Shown piece by piece: positions 13,360 to 27,310 of a stretch of DNA of 64,000 bases (the first letter of the stretch is position 1; each line of letters begins with the position of its first letter). The notes under the pieces are model-generated. The model searched no databases and was not told where the DNA came from. It was given only the letters and a program-made list of their open reading frames with translations. Source of the DNA: the human T2T-CHM13v2.0 reference genome, Homo sapiens; NCBI RefSeq assembly GCF_009914755.1, contig NC_060937.1; one strand, given 5' to 3'. The translations under genes and the position numbers were made by a program.

Positions 13360-13691
13360 AAGGTTCTCCTTAAATGTCTCATCCTCAGAAAAATATCCAC
13401 ACACTCTACTCTCTGTTCAGAACATCAAAGACTATTGAGACACAGGAAGACACTTGAAGACATTTCAACCCAAAGTCACTTCTATTCTCTTCTCTGGTCT
13501 TCTTCAGGAAGCAGTTTTCTCTTTCTACTTAAAGGACTTGCATCTTTCTCTCACTGTATGTGCCTTTACACCTTCTTTTTCCCCTATACCCATCACCATT
13601 TTGTCTAGTTTCTAAGTAGGGGAACAAGTGGCCCTGAAAGTATGAAAAGCCTGAAAGCCTTTAATCCTTTATGTTTATACATACGCTGAAT

Positions 13692-15118
13692 ATGTTAAAC
13701 AAAATTATAGGAGTCTGTTGTTGTGAACTTTATCATTAGGCCCCAAGAGACCAAACTAAACCAAACTGGAGTCATTCATGCTAAATGCCATATAATCAAA
13801 GAGAAATATTGAGGAAGGAGATCAATCCCAAACATATCAGTGTTTTTTTATTTTATTTATTTATTTATTTATTTACTGAAAACAGAAGATTCCAGTTGCT
13901 AACATTTAAAAACACAAATGCAATATTTTACAAATTTGGAAAGGAGGAAAGGAGACCTTATTTCTTCTAAAGGGTTACAGCCTGCAAGGCGGTCATCCCC
14001 CAGGCTGAGAAGCATACCTCCAGCCAAGTCAATAGACATCTACTTCAAAGGAGGAGGGGTCAGAGTAGGAGCTTTATGTTGAACAGTTTAATTAAACATA
14101 TTCAACAGGTTACAGGAGGAGCTACGATTACTCATCAGGGTGGTTCCAATTCTTGCATATTAAACAAAAACGCATGCATTCTATGACCCGTATTCACTTC
14201 TGGATGGAGACTTAACATTTAAATGTATTACAATTAAGCATTAACATCAAAGTATCTTTTCCAGATACTAAGGCACACAAGTGCACAATCTCTGTAAACC
14301 AGCCAGAAGTAGTCCGTGGTTCATGGTCTTCTTATCTTGAGAAAGTTATTGAAATCAGTCTCTTGCCCAAAGAAAGCTGTCTTTTTGGCTGGTGGAACAG
14401 GAGCTGGGGTTAAGTAAGTTAGTCAGCAACTGGTGGAGCTACAAATTGTTTTAATATTATCTCAAGGCCAGTGCTTGTTTAACACTAAGGAAAAAACAAA
14501 AACAAAAAAAATAAACCTTGTGGCAGTTAGAACATGGTTTATTCTTTAAGCGTAGGGGTGCGTAAATTAACCCTTGCCTGGCATAGACGTAGGTCCTGTT
14601 TATAACGTGGAGTCTTATTGCCACAAAGAGTCTGCTCTGTTAGTCTTGTGATTTCTATTTTAACATTCATTCTGGTCAGTTGTTGTGTGTAAACCACAAA
14701 AGGGAGGAGGTTTTAACAAGGCATGTCCAACCTCCCATCCCATCATGACCAGGAACTCAGTATTAAGGTTTTCCTGGGGTCCCTTTGGCCAAAGGGGAGT
14801 CCATCCAGTCACGGGGTTTTAGGATTTTATTTTTAGTTTATGCATTCTACCTGAGTCAGCATAATAGGAAACTCCCCTCTGCTTTACCACCTACAAAAAA
14901 GTAACCTGAAGTAACCCGATGTTGACTAATCTTTTTTTTCCTAGTTTTTCTATTGTTTCCTTTCCTTGAGTCCATCTTACAAAACCCACTGTTCTGCTAT
15001 TGCAGAGTGGGAGCTGAGACCAAAGAAGTCCATTTACAATGGTGACAAAGAATAACCTCAATGCTCAAACGTTTGGTCAGTCTCTGAAAATTGAGAGGCT
15101 AACCAAAAGGGGAGGAGG
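13692..15118 (+). mobile_element. MER4-group ERV1 sequence (host), interrupted by a nested LTR and ending in a polypurine tract
   Basis: Starts 'tgttaaacaaaattatagga...aaactggagtcattcatgctaaatgcc', resumes 'ctacctgagtcagcataata' after the insert, ends 'ccaaaaggggaggagg' immediately before the next LTR. Confidence 0.6.
13897..14842 (-). mobile_element. MER4-type LTR nested in the older ERV1 sequence
   Basis: Right end 'ggggttttaggattttatttttagttta' is the reverse complement of the MER4 start; probable 4-bp TSD cagt/catt. Confidence 0.75.
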
Positions 15119-15510
15119 TGTTAATTTTAGAAATCTCCATAGGAAACCTACATAGCAAACTGCAACCTAACTTAGTATGTAAACAAACTCAAAACCTAAC
15201 TTAGGAATTTGTCATTGTAACAAAGAGCTCAGCCAATCACAGCAGTTGAGCTTCAGTCAATAGTGGCGGGAGGCCAACTGTTCAAACCAGGTTAAAGGCA
15301 AAATTAAGCATTAACCAACTCAGCTCTCTCTGTACCTCACTTCTGTTTTCTGTATGTTATTTCCTTTTTCTGGCTATGAATATAATCTACGAATGTGTTG
15401 GGATAGAGCATTCTGAACCATTTTTGGTCTAGACTACTGTCTGATTTTAGGATGGCCAATAAAAGCCAGTTAAGTCTGCAAAACTAGATTTGCCATAATT
15501 TGTCTTTTAA
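15119..15510 (+). mobile_element. MER57-type LTR
   Basis: 'aactgcaacctaacttagtatgtaaacaaactcaaaacctaacttagga' and 'taaccaactcagctctctctgtacctcacttctg'. Confidence 0.75.
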
Positions 15511-16772
15511 AAAATATTTCTCATGCAGAATGGACAGTAGAAATAAAAAATTTAGTTTTTTTTTGTACAAATGGGTTAGAAATAAGGGAAGGAAACTTAT
15601 TTTAAAAATCAGCTATTGTTCTGATATGTAACTTAGCCACAAAGGTATGCTTTTGTTGGATTTTGTTTGCTTGTTTGTTTGTTTCTGTTTGAAGCAGAAA
15701 CTTTTTTGGCTTGCATGGAGTAAATCCTAATTTTCCCATTGTAAATGGTATGCTCTGTTGGCAAGCTATGTGTCCAAAAAGACACATTAACTGTTTCAAG
15801 GCACTTGGTTACCATTCATTATATGGAAGCTCTAATGACTTAAGTAAATGACCTGTTTGTTAAGCAACCTTAATGGATCTTATTATATTTAGTTAATGGC
15901 TGAAAATATAGTATAATGGTCAAAATATATGAGTGTCATGCTCACACTCTGTAGACTACAGTATGACTTTACTACAGAAAAAAATAATTTCTTTTGCATT
16001 CTGGCCTTTAAGAACTATACCAGAAGTTAAGAAATAAGATTACTTTATGGATGAGTTACAGATATCATAAAGAAAATCGTCTATTTGACAGAACAAATAA
16101 TATATGTATAATTTAATTAAAGTCTTGTGTCTTTGAAAATAATGGGAAATATTATAGATGATTTATTTAATGCAATAAAATATCAGTTTTATTCAGAACC
16201 ATTAATAAATGACTCATTAAACTAAAGAACCACCATTTCTTTTGTTCCATGAAAACATTATTAAAACATAATGGATTCAATCAAGAATACAGTGTTTTTT
16301 TATCTTTAGAATACATGTCCTGAGAATATGCATCATTTTACTATTGTTATAGCTAATAATACCTACCATTTATCAAATATATTATTTGTAGTCACACTAC
16401 TGAGTGCTTCAAATACATACTTTTAAACATTCTTACAACTATCAGTGATTTTCATATATGAAACTAGTTGTCTAAAAATGGTTAAATAACTGCCCCTAAG
16501 TAATAAGAATAGTAACTGGTAAAGCTGGAATCTACAAGTAGGTTTAATTTTAAAACACATGATATGGAATGATGATTGTTGTTTAATATAAATTAACATT
16601 GCTCAAACTGCATATTTAAATATATAGAGCTAAACTGGGTAAGTAGCATTGAATTCCAAATTTATTATATGAGTTTGTTGAATATTCGATTGTTACCATT
16701 ACCTTTTGATGTTATAGCCCCTTCAATTCTGTTGTGTATGTTTTGAACAAAAATGTTGCTACCTGTATAAAA

Positions 16773-17215
16773 GTATTATTCCCCTACTATTGCTGTCAAC
16801 CAATTACCCAGAAATTTAGTGTCTTAAAACAATAATTTTATTGTTTTATTGCCCTAGGTTTCAGAATAACTCAGTAGGCAGTTCTGGCTTGGAGTCTCTA
16901 ACTTAATTGCCATAGATGGTGATTTAGTCTGCAGACATCCCAAATGCTCACTTACCTGGCTGGGCATTGATACTGTCTGCTGAGTGGTCATATGGGGCTG
17001 TCAATCTGAGTGTCAAAATGTGTGTGGCCTTTCCAGCATGACAGTCTCAAAGTGGGCAGACTTCTGGCCCTAGAATAAACAGCTCAAGAGTGTGCTCAGA
17101 AGTCAGAGTATAACTTCTGCTGAAAACTAGTTACTAAAACTGAAAGGGGATATAAGCCCCCTCCCCTAATTAATGTTGTGTCGAGAAATTTGCAGACATA
17201 TTTTGCAACCACCAC
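16773..17215 (-). mobile_element. MLT1-type MaLR LTR
   Basis: 'ctattgctgtcaaccaattacccagaaatttagtgtcttaaaacaat' to 'gcagacatattttgcaaccaccaca'. Confidence 0.7.
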
Positions 17216-18689
17216 ACTGCAGATATACATATAACAGAAAGTTATTATCAGTCAAGATATAATGGAAACATCAATAGCTTCAATATGTAACTCATTTCAA
17301 ACATATACAGAGTTATTTTCAAAGTTTATTTTACCCTTTTCTACATTAAAGTGTTATGTATTTATTTCTCAACATTTGAAAAATACTGAAAATAATAATA
17401 AAACTTTTGAAAGCACCCAACCTCAATCCAAAAATAACTACTATATTATTTTATGATTTTATAGTCTTACTAAGATCTGAAAGATGTCTTACTAAGTTGA
17501 ATTATATAAAATCATTATTAACTATGTTTCTCAATTTATGCACTAGACTATCTACTATATCAGTTTAATAATATTTATCTAGTCCAGAATGACTTTTTTG
17601 TAACCATTGATCATTAAATGACAAAAATAGTTTTATAGAGAATATAAAACTCTCTGTGTGGATTGAGAACTAAATGTATTTTATTATATAACATAATTAT
17701 GTAGAAGTAAATTTAATGAATAAATAGTAGGCTTCTGATGAATACGTTCAGCTTTTCTTCATTATAATGTGTAGAAATGTTTACTGGCGAGCCCAAGAGA
17801 ATAGTTTCTATGCCGGTAGATTCTTCTGATCCAATTTTCCCCCACAAATCCTTTGTGCTTCATGCTATTTAATTTTCTAATTTTAGGGCCCTTATCCCTA
17901 TTGTTTGCAAGTTATTCTCAATCTCTTGTAAGTCAATTGCTCCCAGTACGCATTAAGTAGAGTATTTATCAACTAATTTCTATGGAGACTTTTTACCTTC
18001 CTAAATATTTTTCAAAACAGTGACATTCTGATTTACTAAAATAAGTCTTGATAAACAGCATCTTATTGTAACTTAACCTTTCAATGTAAGGATTATCAGT
18101 AGAGTTTTCCAGAAATATCAGAATTCTATGATCTTTCATTGCAAATATATTAAAATGGTTACACTCTGCTTCTTTTAGTGACTTCCTAAATCTTGTGTAT
18201 TTGATGAAATCATGGACATCATGACAATCCATTTGCTATCTCATCAAACACTATTTTGTGCAAGTAAATGTTCAAATGTTATACTTTTTTAAAGGTGAAT
18301 GCAGAAGCATATTATAAAAAGATATCTACATTTTGTTTCATTTGGAATATCTTCAGTCAGCCTCCTATCTTCCTAAAAAATGCAGTTGCAACATATTTGT
18401 AATAGACATTTTTTTCTGTCTCTCTAACCACTTGTATTCACTGTTTAGATTCTAACACTGTAGATATTTCATAGATGTCTTTTTATGTCTCTGGCATTTA
18501 TGCATTAAGCTGGGTTCTATCCAGGGACTTTTGGCCCAAATTTTCAGCCTGGCTTCAAGACTCAGAAGGCCAATATACCAAGGAAGAAGAGATAAGATAT
18601 TTAGACCCATTATCTTGATGCTTATTTATTAAAGTTTTTCTTGAATTCTGTAATACATTCTAGTATAGTTTATATTTAAACTAATTTTT

Positions 18690-18997
18690 GTTGTTGTTGT
18701 TGTTGTTTTATTTGAGATGGAGTCTCACTCTGTCGCCCAGGTTGAAGTGCACTGTCACAATCTCAGTTCACTGCAACCTGTGCCTCTCAGGTTCAAGCGG
18801 TTCTCTTGCTTTACCCTCCCAGCTGATATTATAGACCCATACCACCATACCCAGCTAATTTTTTTTTTTTGTATTTTCAGTAGAGATGGGATTTTTGTCA
18901 TGTTGGCCAGGCTGATCTCCATCTCATGACCTCTTGATCTGCCCAGCTCGGCCTCCCAAAGTGCTGGAATTACAGGCATGAGCCACCGCGCCAGGCC
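18690..18997 (-). mobile_element. AluS (Sc/Sg-like), full length, tail converted to (AAC)n
   Basis: Both monomers present; TSD ttaaactaat(t/g)tttt on both sides. Confidence 0.93.
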
Positions 18998-19213
18998 TTA
19001 AACTAATGTTTTACTTAAACTTTGGGTTCTTTCATATATTTTCAACTCTAGTGTTCTTAATTAATGTTGCCAACTTTTATATACTCAGCCTAGCACTAGC
19101 ATTACTCACTCACTCACTCACTCCATTTATCTGAGAAGAGTTTGCCCAATCACCACCCATTTCCCCAACCAATTCACTTTTTGGGAGTATAAGCTTTGCT
19201 ACTACAGCAACTC

Positions 19214-19218
<5 letters not shown>

Positions 19219-19265
<47 letters not shown>

Positions 19266-19272
19266 TGTGTGT
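19219..19272. repeat. (TG)n microsatellite
   Basis: Long TG run with one interruption. Confidence 0.97.
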
Positions 19273-19739
19273 GGGTCTATAAAATTCAACTGTTTTCCGT
19301 CAAGCTGAGCCAGTTAACAGGGCTATTAGAGATAAATTCATATAGGATAATGAGGTTTGATATTCAATTATTAATTTTTCTAGATTGGTGACTAATATAC
19401 AGCTTCATATAATACACAGGCAAAATTTTGTATCATGGTTTAATCAATTGTTATGCCTCTTTTTGATGATTTTCTGTTACATCTTTGCTTGCTCTATAAG
19501 TGAAAACATAATATTGTAGTACACTGATTTATCTGAATTCTTTACACATTAAAGTTATTGCTAATTTGTCCTATATATCTGTCCTAATTTTGTATCAGTT
19601 TGCTTGTTTTAACTTCTCATTTCATTATAATTGTGGCACTTTAACATTTAAGGGTAGTCAAATATGTTATTATTGTTCTTTAGAATTTTTCTAAGTCTTT
19701 GAGGTTTAAACATGTATTGCCCTTCAATATTTCTGTAAA

Positions 19740-21940
19740 GTAGCAAAAATATATAACATGAGAGCTACCCTCTTAAATATTCTTATGGACAGTTCAGTGT
19801 TGTTAACTATAAACACAATGTTGCACAGCAAATCATTAGGATTTTTTTATCTTGCATGATGTAAACTTTATATCTATTGGACAATACCCGTTTCCCTTTC
19901 TGCTAGCACGTGGTAACTACCATTTTCTGTTTTGATGATTTTGATTATTTTAGATAAGTCATATATGTGGAATCATGCAGTGTTTGTCCTACTGTGGCTG
20001 GCCTATTTCACATAGCAAAATGTTCACAAGGTGCTTCCGTGTAATAACATTACAGTTTTGTGGCTGAATAGTATTCAATTGTATGTATGAACCACAGTTT
20101 CATCATCCTTTCATTCATCCACAAGCATTTAAGTGGTTTCAACCTCTTGACTATTGTGAATAATGGTGTGATTGCTGTGAATGCAATATATCCTCAAAAC
20201 CTTGATTTTAATTCTTTTGCATACTTAGAAATCAAATTTTTTTAATAATATGATATTTCTATTTTTTTATAAAGAATATCCATACCATTTCACATTTTCA
20301 CCAACAGTGCACAGGGTTGCATTTTCTCCACGTTCTTGTCAATACTTGTTTTTTCTTTTGTTTTTGTTTTGTGTTTTTTAATGTTGGCCATCCTAACAGG
20401 TATGAAGTGACATTTTATTGCAGTTTTAATTTACATTTACCTGAAGAATAGTGATGTTGAGAGGATCTGTTCATATCCCCATTGGCCATTCATAACTTTT
20501 CTTTGAATAAATGTCTATGGAAGTTCTTTGCCCATTTTTAATCAGTTTTTTTGTTATAAAATTATAGGATTTCTTTATACATTTTGAATAGTAACTCCTT
20601 ATCAGATATATTATTTGCAAATACATTCTCTCATGTTGCGGGTTGCCTTTTGACTTATGATTGTTACCTTTGCTCTGCAGAAGCTTTTTAGTTTAATATA
20701 GTCCCAATTTGCCTATGTTTACATTTTTTGCCTGTGCTTTTGGGGTTCTATCTAAGAAATCACTGGCAAAACCAATGTTATTAAAAAAAAACCTGTTTTC
20801 TTCTAGGAATTTTACAGCTTTGTGTCATAATTTTAAGCCCCCAAGATATATATTATATATATATTTATATAATTTTGGGGCCCTCTATTCCATTCAGCAG
20901 GTTTATGTCTGTCTTTACGCCAGTACCATACTCTCTTGATTGCTGTAGCGTTATACAGCTTGAATATCTTATTCAAAATGCTTGAGACCAGAAGTGTTTT
21001 GCATTTTTTTTTAATTTGGGAACATTCGCATGCATATAATGAGATATGATGGAGATGGGAACCAAGTTTAAACACAAAACTAATTATATCTCATGTATAC
21101 CTTATACAAATAGTCTGAAATTAATTTAATATAACATTTTAAATAATTTTGTACATTAAGCAACATTTGGATTCATTTTGACTGTGACCCATCACATGAG
21201 GCCGGGTGTAAAATTCTCTACTTGTGGGGTCAACATGGCACTCAAAGAGTTTTGGATTTTGGAGCATGTTGGATTTTGGATTTTCAGGTTAGAGATGCTC
21301 AGATTGCATTATAACATGTTTTGAAATACCAAAAAGTGATGCTTCTAGTTTTATTCTTTTTTCTCATTATCAACTTGGTTATTCAAGGTCCTCTGTGGTT
21401 CCCTGTGAGTTCAAAATTTTTTTTTTATGTTCCTGTAAAAGCATGTCATTGAGATTTTTATTTATATTGCATTGACTCTCTAGATTGCTTTGTGTAGTAT
21501 AGACATTTTAATAATATTGTCTTCTAATACATTAATATAGAATTTTCTTTCATTTATGTCTTAATTACTTTCATTTTTTTAAAAAATACAGTGTATAGTA
21601 TTTCACCTCCTTGGTTAAGTTTATTCCTAAGTATGTTATTCTTTTTGATTATATTCTTAAATTCTTTTTCAGAGTTTGATATTAGTGCATAGTCATGTAA
21701 CTCATCCTATTATATTGATATTGTATCCTGAAACTTACTGAACTTATTAATTCTAACTGGTTTTTGTGTGTTTTGGTAAAAAAGATCTTTAGCGTTTTCT
21801 ACGTGTAAGATTATGTCTTCTGTGAACAGAGATAATCCCACTTCTTCCTTTTCAATATGGTTAATTTTCATTTACTTTTCTTACCTAATTGCTCTAATAC
21901 AGCCTCAGGTATTATGTTGTCCAGAAATGGTGAGAGTGGG
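19740..21940 (-). mobile_element. L1M (L1MA/MB) 3' UTR and ORF2 fragment
   Basis: 'tgtggaatcatgcagtgtttgtcc', 'ttggccatcctaacaggtatgaagtg', 'tatgtcttctgtgaacagagataat'. Confidence 0.88.
20953..21310. mobile_element. Tigger4b/MER46-type DNA transposon nested in L1
   Basis: 'cagcttgaatatcttattcaaaatgcttgagaccagaagtgttttg' to 'ggattttcaggttagagatgctcag'; TA-flanked; L1 continues on both sides. Confidence 0.8.
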
Positions 21941-21991
21941 CCAGGTGCCATGGCTTATGCCTATAATCCCAGCACTTTGGGAGGCCAAGGC
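21939..21991 (+). mobile_element. Alu 5' fragment (~50 bp)
   Basis: 'ggccaggtgccatggcttatgcctataatcccagcactttgggaggccaaggc', then an abrupt end. Confidence 0.85.
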
Positions 21992-23260
21992 CATATCAAA
22001 GGAATGAAATGAATCTCAAGATATCCACTCTAATGAAACATTACTATATTAGTTTCCCAACAAATAATTCAGAATAACTACCATAAAGATATTCAATAAG
22101 CCCAGGAAAACAATGCATAAACAAATCAGAATGTCAGCAAAGAGAATGAAAATATATATTAATAAATAAACACAAACATTTTAAAACTGACAACTGAAAT
22201 AAAATATTTGCTCCAAGAGTTAAATAGCAGAAGTTATCAAGTAGGAGAATCAGCCAACTTCAAAATATAACATTTCATATTATCCAATCAAAAGGTTGGG
22301 GTGGGGGGCAGAAATAATAAAAAAGAATCAAGAATAACTAGGGGACTTATGGGAGACAATCAAATGGACAAATACACATAAAATGGGAGTCTTAGGGGAA
22401 AAAGAGATAGATAGGGCCAAACAATTTATTTAAAGTGACAGTGGCCAAAATTGCTCAAATTTGGGAGAGAAATGAACATCTAGATTCAAAAGATCTAATA
22501 AATTGCCAAACAGGATAAACCCAAAGAAGTCCACCAAGACACATTATAATCAAATTGTCAAAGTCAAAGACAAAGGGAATTTTGAAAGTAGCAAGACAAA
22601 AACAACGTTTCATATACAAGAGAATACTCCAAGAGTAACATTTCATATTATCCAATCAGAAGAGTGAGGGGGGGGGGGGCAGAAGTAATAAATAGCAACA
22701 CAGAAGTATATGAAAGTATAAAACTCATTGATGAAAATAAATATATGTAAAAATACAAAATATTGTAACATTGTAATGATATTGTATAAATAACTTCCAA
22801 TTCTGTTTTAAAAGTTTAATTAAAACATATAAAAATAACCAAAATATAAAAAATAAAAAATATTTCCATAGATAAATGATATAAAAAGATGTAACTTGTG
22901 ATATTGATACCATGAAGTGTAGGAGGGATATGAAAGTGGAGAGTTACTGTATGTGATTAAAGTTAAATAGTTATCAACTTAATTTTAAATTGTAACTATA
23001 AAATGTTTTAAGTAAGCTCCATAGTAACCTCAAAAATACCTATAAGATGCTAGAAGAAAATGAGAGAGAAATCCGAACATATCACTAAATAAACTCAATA
23101 AAACAAAGAGGATGAAGGCAAGAAAGAAAAAGAGGAACAAAATAATAATAAGACAAGGGAAACGTGAATAGTAAATCTTTCCCTGTGAATAATTTCTATA
23201 AATGTGAGTGGTTTCAACTCCTCAAAGACATAGAGTGGCTGAATGGACACCCCCCCCAAA

Positions 23261-23305
<45 letters not shown>

Positions 23306-23855
23306 AAAAAAAAAAAAAAAACACAAGATTCAAATATGTGCTGTCTACAAGAGACTTATTTTAGGTTTAAGGCAACACAGAGTGAAAGTGGAAGGATTAA
23401 AATATATATTCCATGAAACTGGTACCTCAATGAGAACAGAAGTCATCATACTTAATATCAGACAAATAGACTTTAAGTCAAAAAGTGTCATAAAAGTCAA
23501 AGAGGGACATTATGTTATGATAAAAGGGTCAATTCGCCAGGAAGATACTACAATGATATGTATATACCCAACATTAGAGTATATAAATATATGAAGCAAA
23601 CATTGTCAGTACTTAATGGAGAAATTGATAGAAACAACATAGTAGTAGAATATTTTAAAACCCCATTTCAATAACTGCCACACAAACTAGACAGAGAGTC
23701 AATAAGGAAATAAAAGACTTGAACAATATTATAGACCAAAAGAACTTAACAGACAGGTACACAACATTCCACTCAACAGCTACAGAACACACACACTTCC
23801 CAAGTGCTCAGGGAATATTCTCAAGGTTAGATCACATGTTAAATCACAAAACAAG
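21992..23855 (+). mobile_element. L1M ORF1, inter-ORF and ORF2 endonuclease fragment
   Basis: ORF1 'caccaagacacattataatcaaattgtcaaaagtcaaagacaaag'; EN-like peptide in ORF 23208-23594 (KYIFHETG...IDFKSKSVIKVKEGHYVMIKGSIRQED). Confidence 0.88.
23261..23321. repeat. (AAC)n plus poly(A) compound microsatellite
   Basis: About 14 AAC units followed by an A run. Confidence 0.95.
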
Positions 23856-23937
23856 ATTTTTTTTTTATTTTTGAAATAATATGCTTAGGTTTTGTATTTT
23901 ATTTTAATTGACACATTGACAATTGACAAATATCTAT

Positions 23938-24845
23938 ACGGCAGAATAGGAAGACCCAGACCATTCTTCCTGCCACAGAGACTCTGATCCAACAACAACA
24001 CACTTACCAAATTCTTCGGTAAGAAATCCAGAAACCAGTTAAAAGTACTCTACACCTGAGGAAAGCATGATACCAGCTTCATAAAAGCCAATAGGACAAT
24101 TTGTTGTACATTCTTGCCATAGTGTTTCCCACCAGCATGGTGCTACATGATCAGGAGAAAAATTCCAGCTCCTGGCTTTTTCCTGAGAAGGAAAAGAGAA
24201 GACTAGACTATACATCTGATATTTGGACCTTTTTTGGGGGGAATGGGGAAGCTGCCTAAAGGAATGGTTTCTTTCTTGCGTGTCTTGAAATGCTTATGGG
24301 ACATAGAATACTCTAGATGTCTGGGGCCACAGAAAACAACAACAAGAACAAAAAGCTGGGTGGCATGCTGTTGATCCAGAGCAGGCAAAGGGGGATTCAG
24401 ATTAGTGGCCTCTTTCTCAGAGGCAAACAAAAGAGTGGAGCATGTGTGCTACATTGTGGATTTTAGGGGCCTGTCCAAGAGACTGATTTCCATTTTGCCT
24501 CTCAGGGTGTTGATGGCCCCAGCATATTCTAGATTCCTGGGAGGCACTAAAAATAAACTAAAAAAAAAGAGTTGGGTGGTGTACTATGCTTCTACAGGAA
24601 CCGTTATATAGCAAACAGACACTAGAGAGACTATGAGATTACAAATTACTGAATAAGAAACTGGTGACTCTAATTAGGGATATACATGCACAAAGAAAAG
24701 ACATATACACATAAAATGTTTGAAAGGTCCGCAGAAACTCTAGAAGGGCTAATTGGTGAAGGTACTTTCATATTTGAAGCATGTTCATAAAACATGAAAG
24801 ACAGGTAGCTGTTTTTCAAATATGTGAATGTCAATGTAAAGTTAC
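23938..24845 (+). mobile_element. L1M 5' region fragment
   Basis: 'ggcagaataggaagacccag...agaaatccagaaaccagttaa' and 'gaagggctaattggtgaaggt' resemble old L1M 5' ends. Confidence 0.6.
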
Positions 24846-24847
24846 AT

Positions 24848-24899
24848 TGTTGTGGTAGTCTGGGACAGAACCCACGATATCGCCAAGGCATGCCTGTAT
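24848..24899. mobile_element. Tigger2/MER28-type terminal fragment
   Basis: 'ctgggacagaacccacgatatcgccaaggcatgcctgta' resembles the Tigger2 terminal inverted repeat. Confidence 0.65.
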
Positions 24900-26242
24900 A
24901 CAAATTTTATATAAATGGCTAGTCTTAAATAATAATGCTGGTATTTTGGAATAAATCATTTCTACCTCTAACCCAGTAGTGTGGACCACTATGAAAACCT
25001 ACAAAATATGAAGCCAGGATAGCTGACTAGTAAGAAAGAATGTTTAGAAGTCCTACGATGATGTGACAATTGCTAAGAATTTCCATAAATAGAGTGGCAC
25101 TTGAATATAGTGGCGTGAATGCACATAAGTGCAATCTATATTAAAAGTAGTTTGTTAGTGACATAAAAAACATTTTCACAAAGAATGAAGTTTAGAAAAA
25201 AAACTGAAAAATATAAAAATTACTGTATTTTGTGACAGGTTGTAAATAAAAGCCTTTTGAACTTATTTTTACTTTAAAAATGTCTTTTAGTATTATAAAT
25301 ATATATCTGAAAGATAATTTAAGTTGTATTTTTTGTGACTTAATTGATGTTGCTTTAAACATATTCTGGTAATTACAACATAATAATTTTGTTAAAACAA
25401 AATAAATTAGCTAAGACTCAGGTAGCAATCTCAAAGTACATTGATTATGAGAACATTTTTCTGACAATGGAAAATCAAAATATTATATTTAGGGAATACA
25501 AACAAATAACATAGTTTTATTTTGAGTATAATGTGAAACCAGCTTGCCTAAAAATTGTTTTAATATTGCCTACAATTAAATTGAGTGAAATATAAATACA
25601 ATTAAATAAAAATTACTGTATTTGTGTGGTATTTAACACTTTGTACACAGTTGTCATGGGTAATTAATACAAAGAGGTGAATGTTATTATCACACATGCT
25701 TTGGGAGCATATAAGTATATACTACTGTAGTAGTAAATAGTGTAGTTTTAAGGTTACAATACAAAGGTTTAACAGATAGCCTATGGTAATGTACACTTAG
25801 TGACCTAGTTTCCTAACATGTAAAATGAACAAATGGGCATCTAATATATCTACTTGTTTGGAGCATTAAACTTTATAAATAAAATATTTATTAATGTTAA
25901 CTACAATTAATGTTAAGATTGGACTATCTCCTTGTTCTCAGGCTTTTAATTGCTTAATCCTTTTATATTTTTATTTTAGTTTGCTTTAAGAGGCATGAGC
26001 ATCATCTAAATGGAGGCCAGAGTTCATAGACTGTAAAACAATTAAGGGGCCATCTATTCTGAAGCACTCCAAAATCAACATTTAGTTTACAATTTCAAAG
26101 ACAAAGTCAACAGATTATTTCATATACACACACGGGTGTGTATGTGTATGTCCAACTTTAAAATATACTGATTTCTATCATAAATATAAAGAGAGATTAA
26201 TACTTGTAAGATGTTTTCAGGACAACTATGATGCTGGATAAA

Positions 26243-27310
26243 ATTTTATTTTATTTTATTTTTTTAAATTGATGTTTGACATGTACATATTTACAGGATA
26301 CAGTATGATGTTTCCATACATGCATACATTGTGTAATGATCAAAGCAATGTAACTAGCATATCCATCACCTTAAACATTTATTATTTCTTTGTGATGAAT
26401 ACATCACAGTTTCTTCTAGCTGTTTTGAAATACGTGAAACATTATTGTTAACTCTAGTCATACTATTATGCAATAGAACACCAGAACTTACTTGTCCTAT
26501 CTAATTGCAACTTTATACCCATTGACCAATCTTTCTCCATCCTCTCTCTCCTTTACTCTTCCCATCCCCTGGTAACCACCATTCTACTCTACATCTATGA
26601 GAATACTTTAATAGATTTCAAATATGATTGAACTAATGCAGTATTTGTCTTTCCCTGCCTGGCTTATTTCACCTAACATAATGTCCTCCAGGTTCATTAA
26701 TGTCATCACAAATAAAAGGATTTCATGTTTTATGACTGAACAGTATTCCACTGTGTGTATATATATACACATACACATATATATGTTATATATATATATG
26801 TTATATATATGTTATATATATAACACATATATGTGTTATATATATGTTATATATATGTAACATTTTCTTTTATATGTTAATCTTTAATAGACACTTAGGT
26901 TGATTCCATATTTTGGCTATTGTGAATAGTGCTGCAATAAATGTGGGTGTCCAGATATCTCTTTGGCATACTAATTTCATTTTCTTTGGATATATATATA
27001 TATATCCAGTAGTGGAATTGCTGGATCATATGATAGCTCTATTTTTAATTTTTTGAGGAAACTCCATATTGTTTTTTTATAATGACTGTACTAATTTCCA
27101 TTCCCACAAGCAGTGTGTAGGGTTTCCTTTTCTTCACATCGTCACAAACACTTGGTATATTTTGATTTTTTGATAGTAGTCATTGTAACTAGAGTGAGGT
27201 GATGTCTTATTGTAGTTTTGATTTTCATATCCCTGATGATTAGTGATGTTGAACATTTTTTAATACATCTGTTGGTCATGTGTATGTCTTCTTTTGAGAA
27301 ATATCTATTG
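26243..27310 (-). mobile_element. L1MA 3' end with internal TA-rich expansion (26755-26860)
   Basis: 'catacattgtgtaatgatcaaagcaatgtaactagcatatccatcacc' and 'gtatgtcttcttttgagaaatatctatt'. Confidence 0.9.

Noticed and set aside
23164-23594. ORFs with poly-T/poly-N/poly-K tracts
   Set aside because: They are translations of the (AAC)n/poly(A) microsatellite inside an L1 endonuclease remnant.
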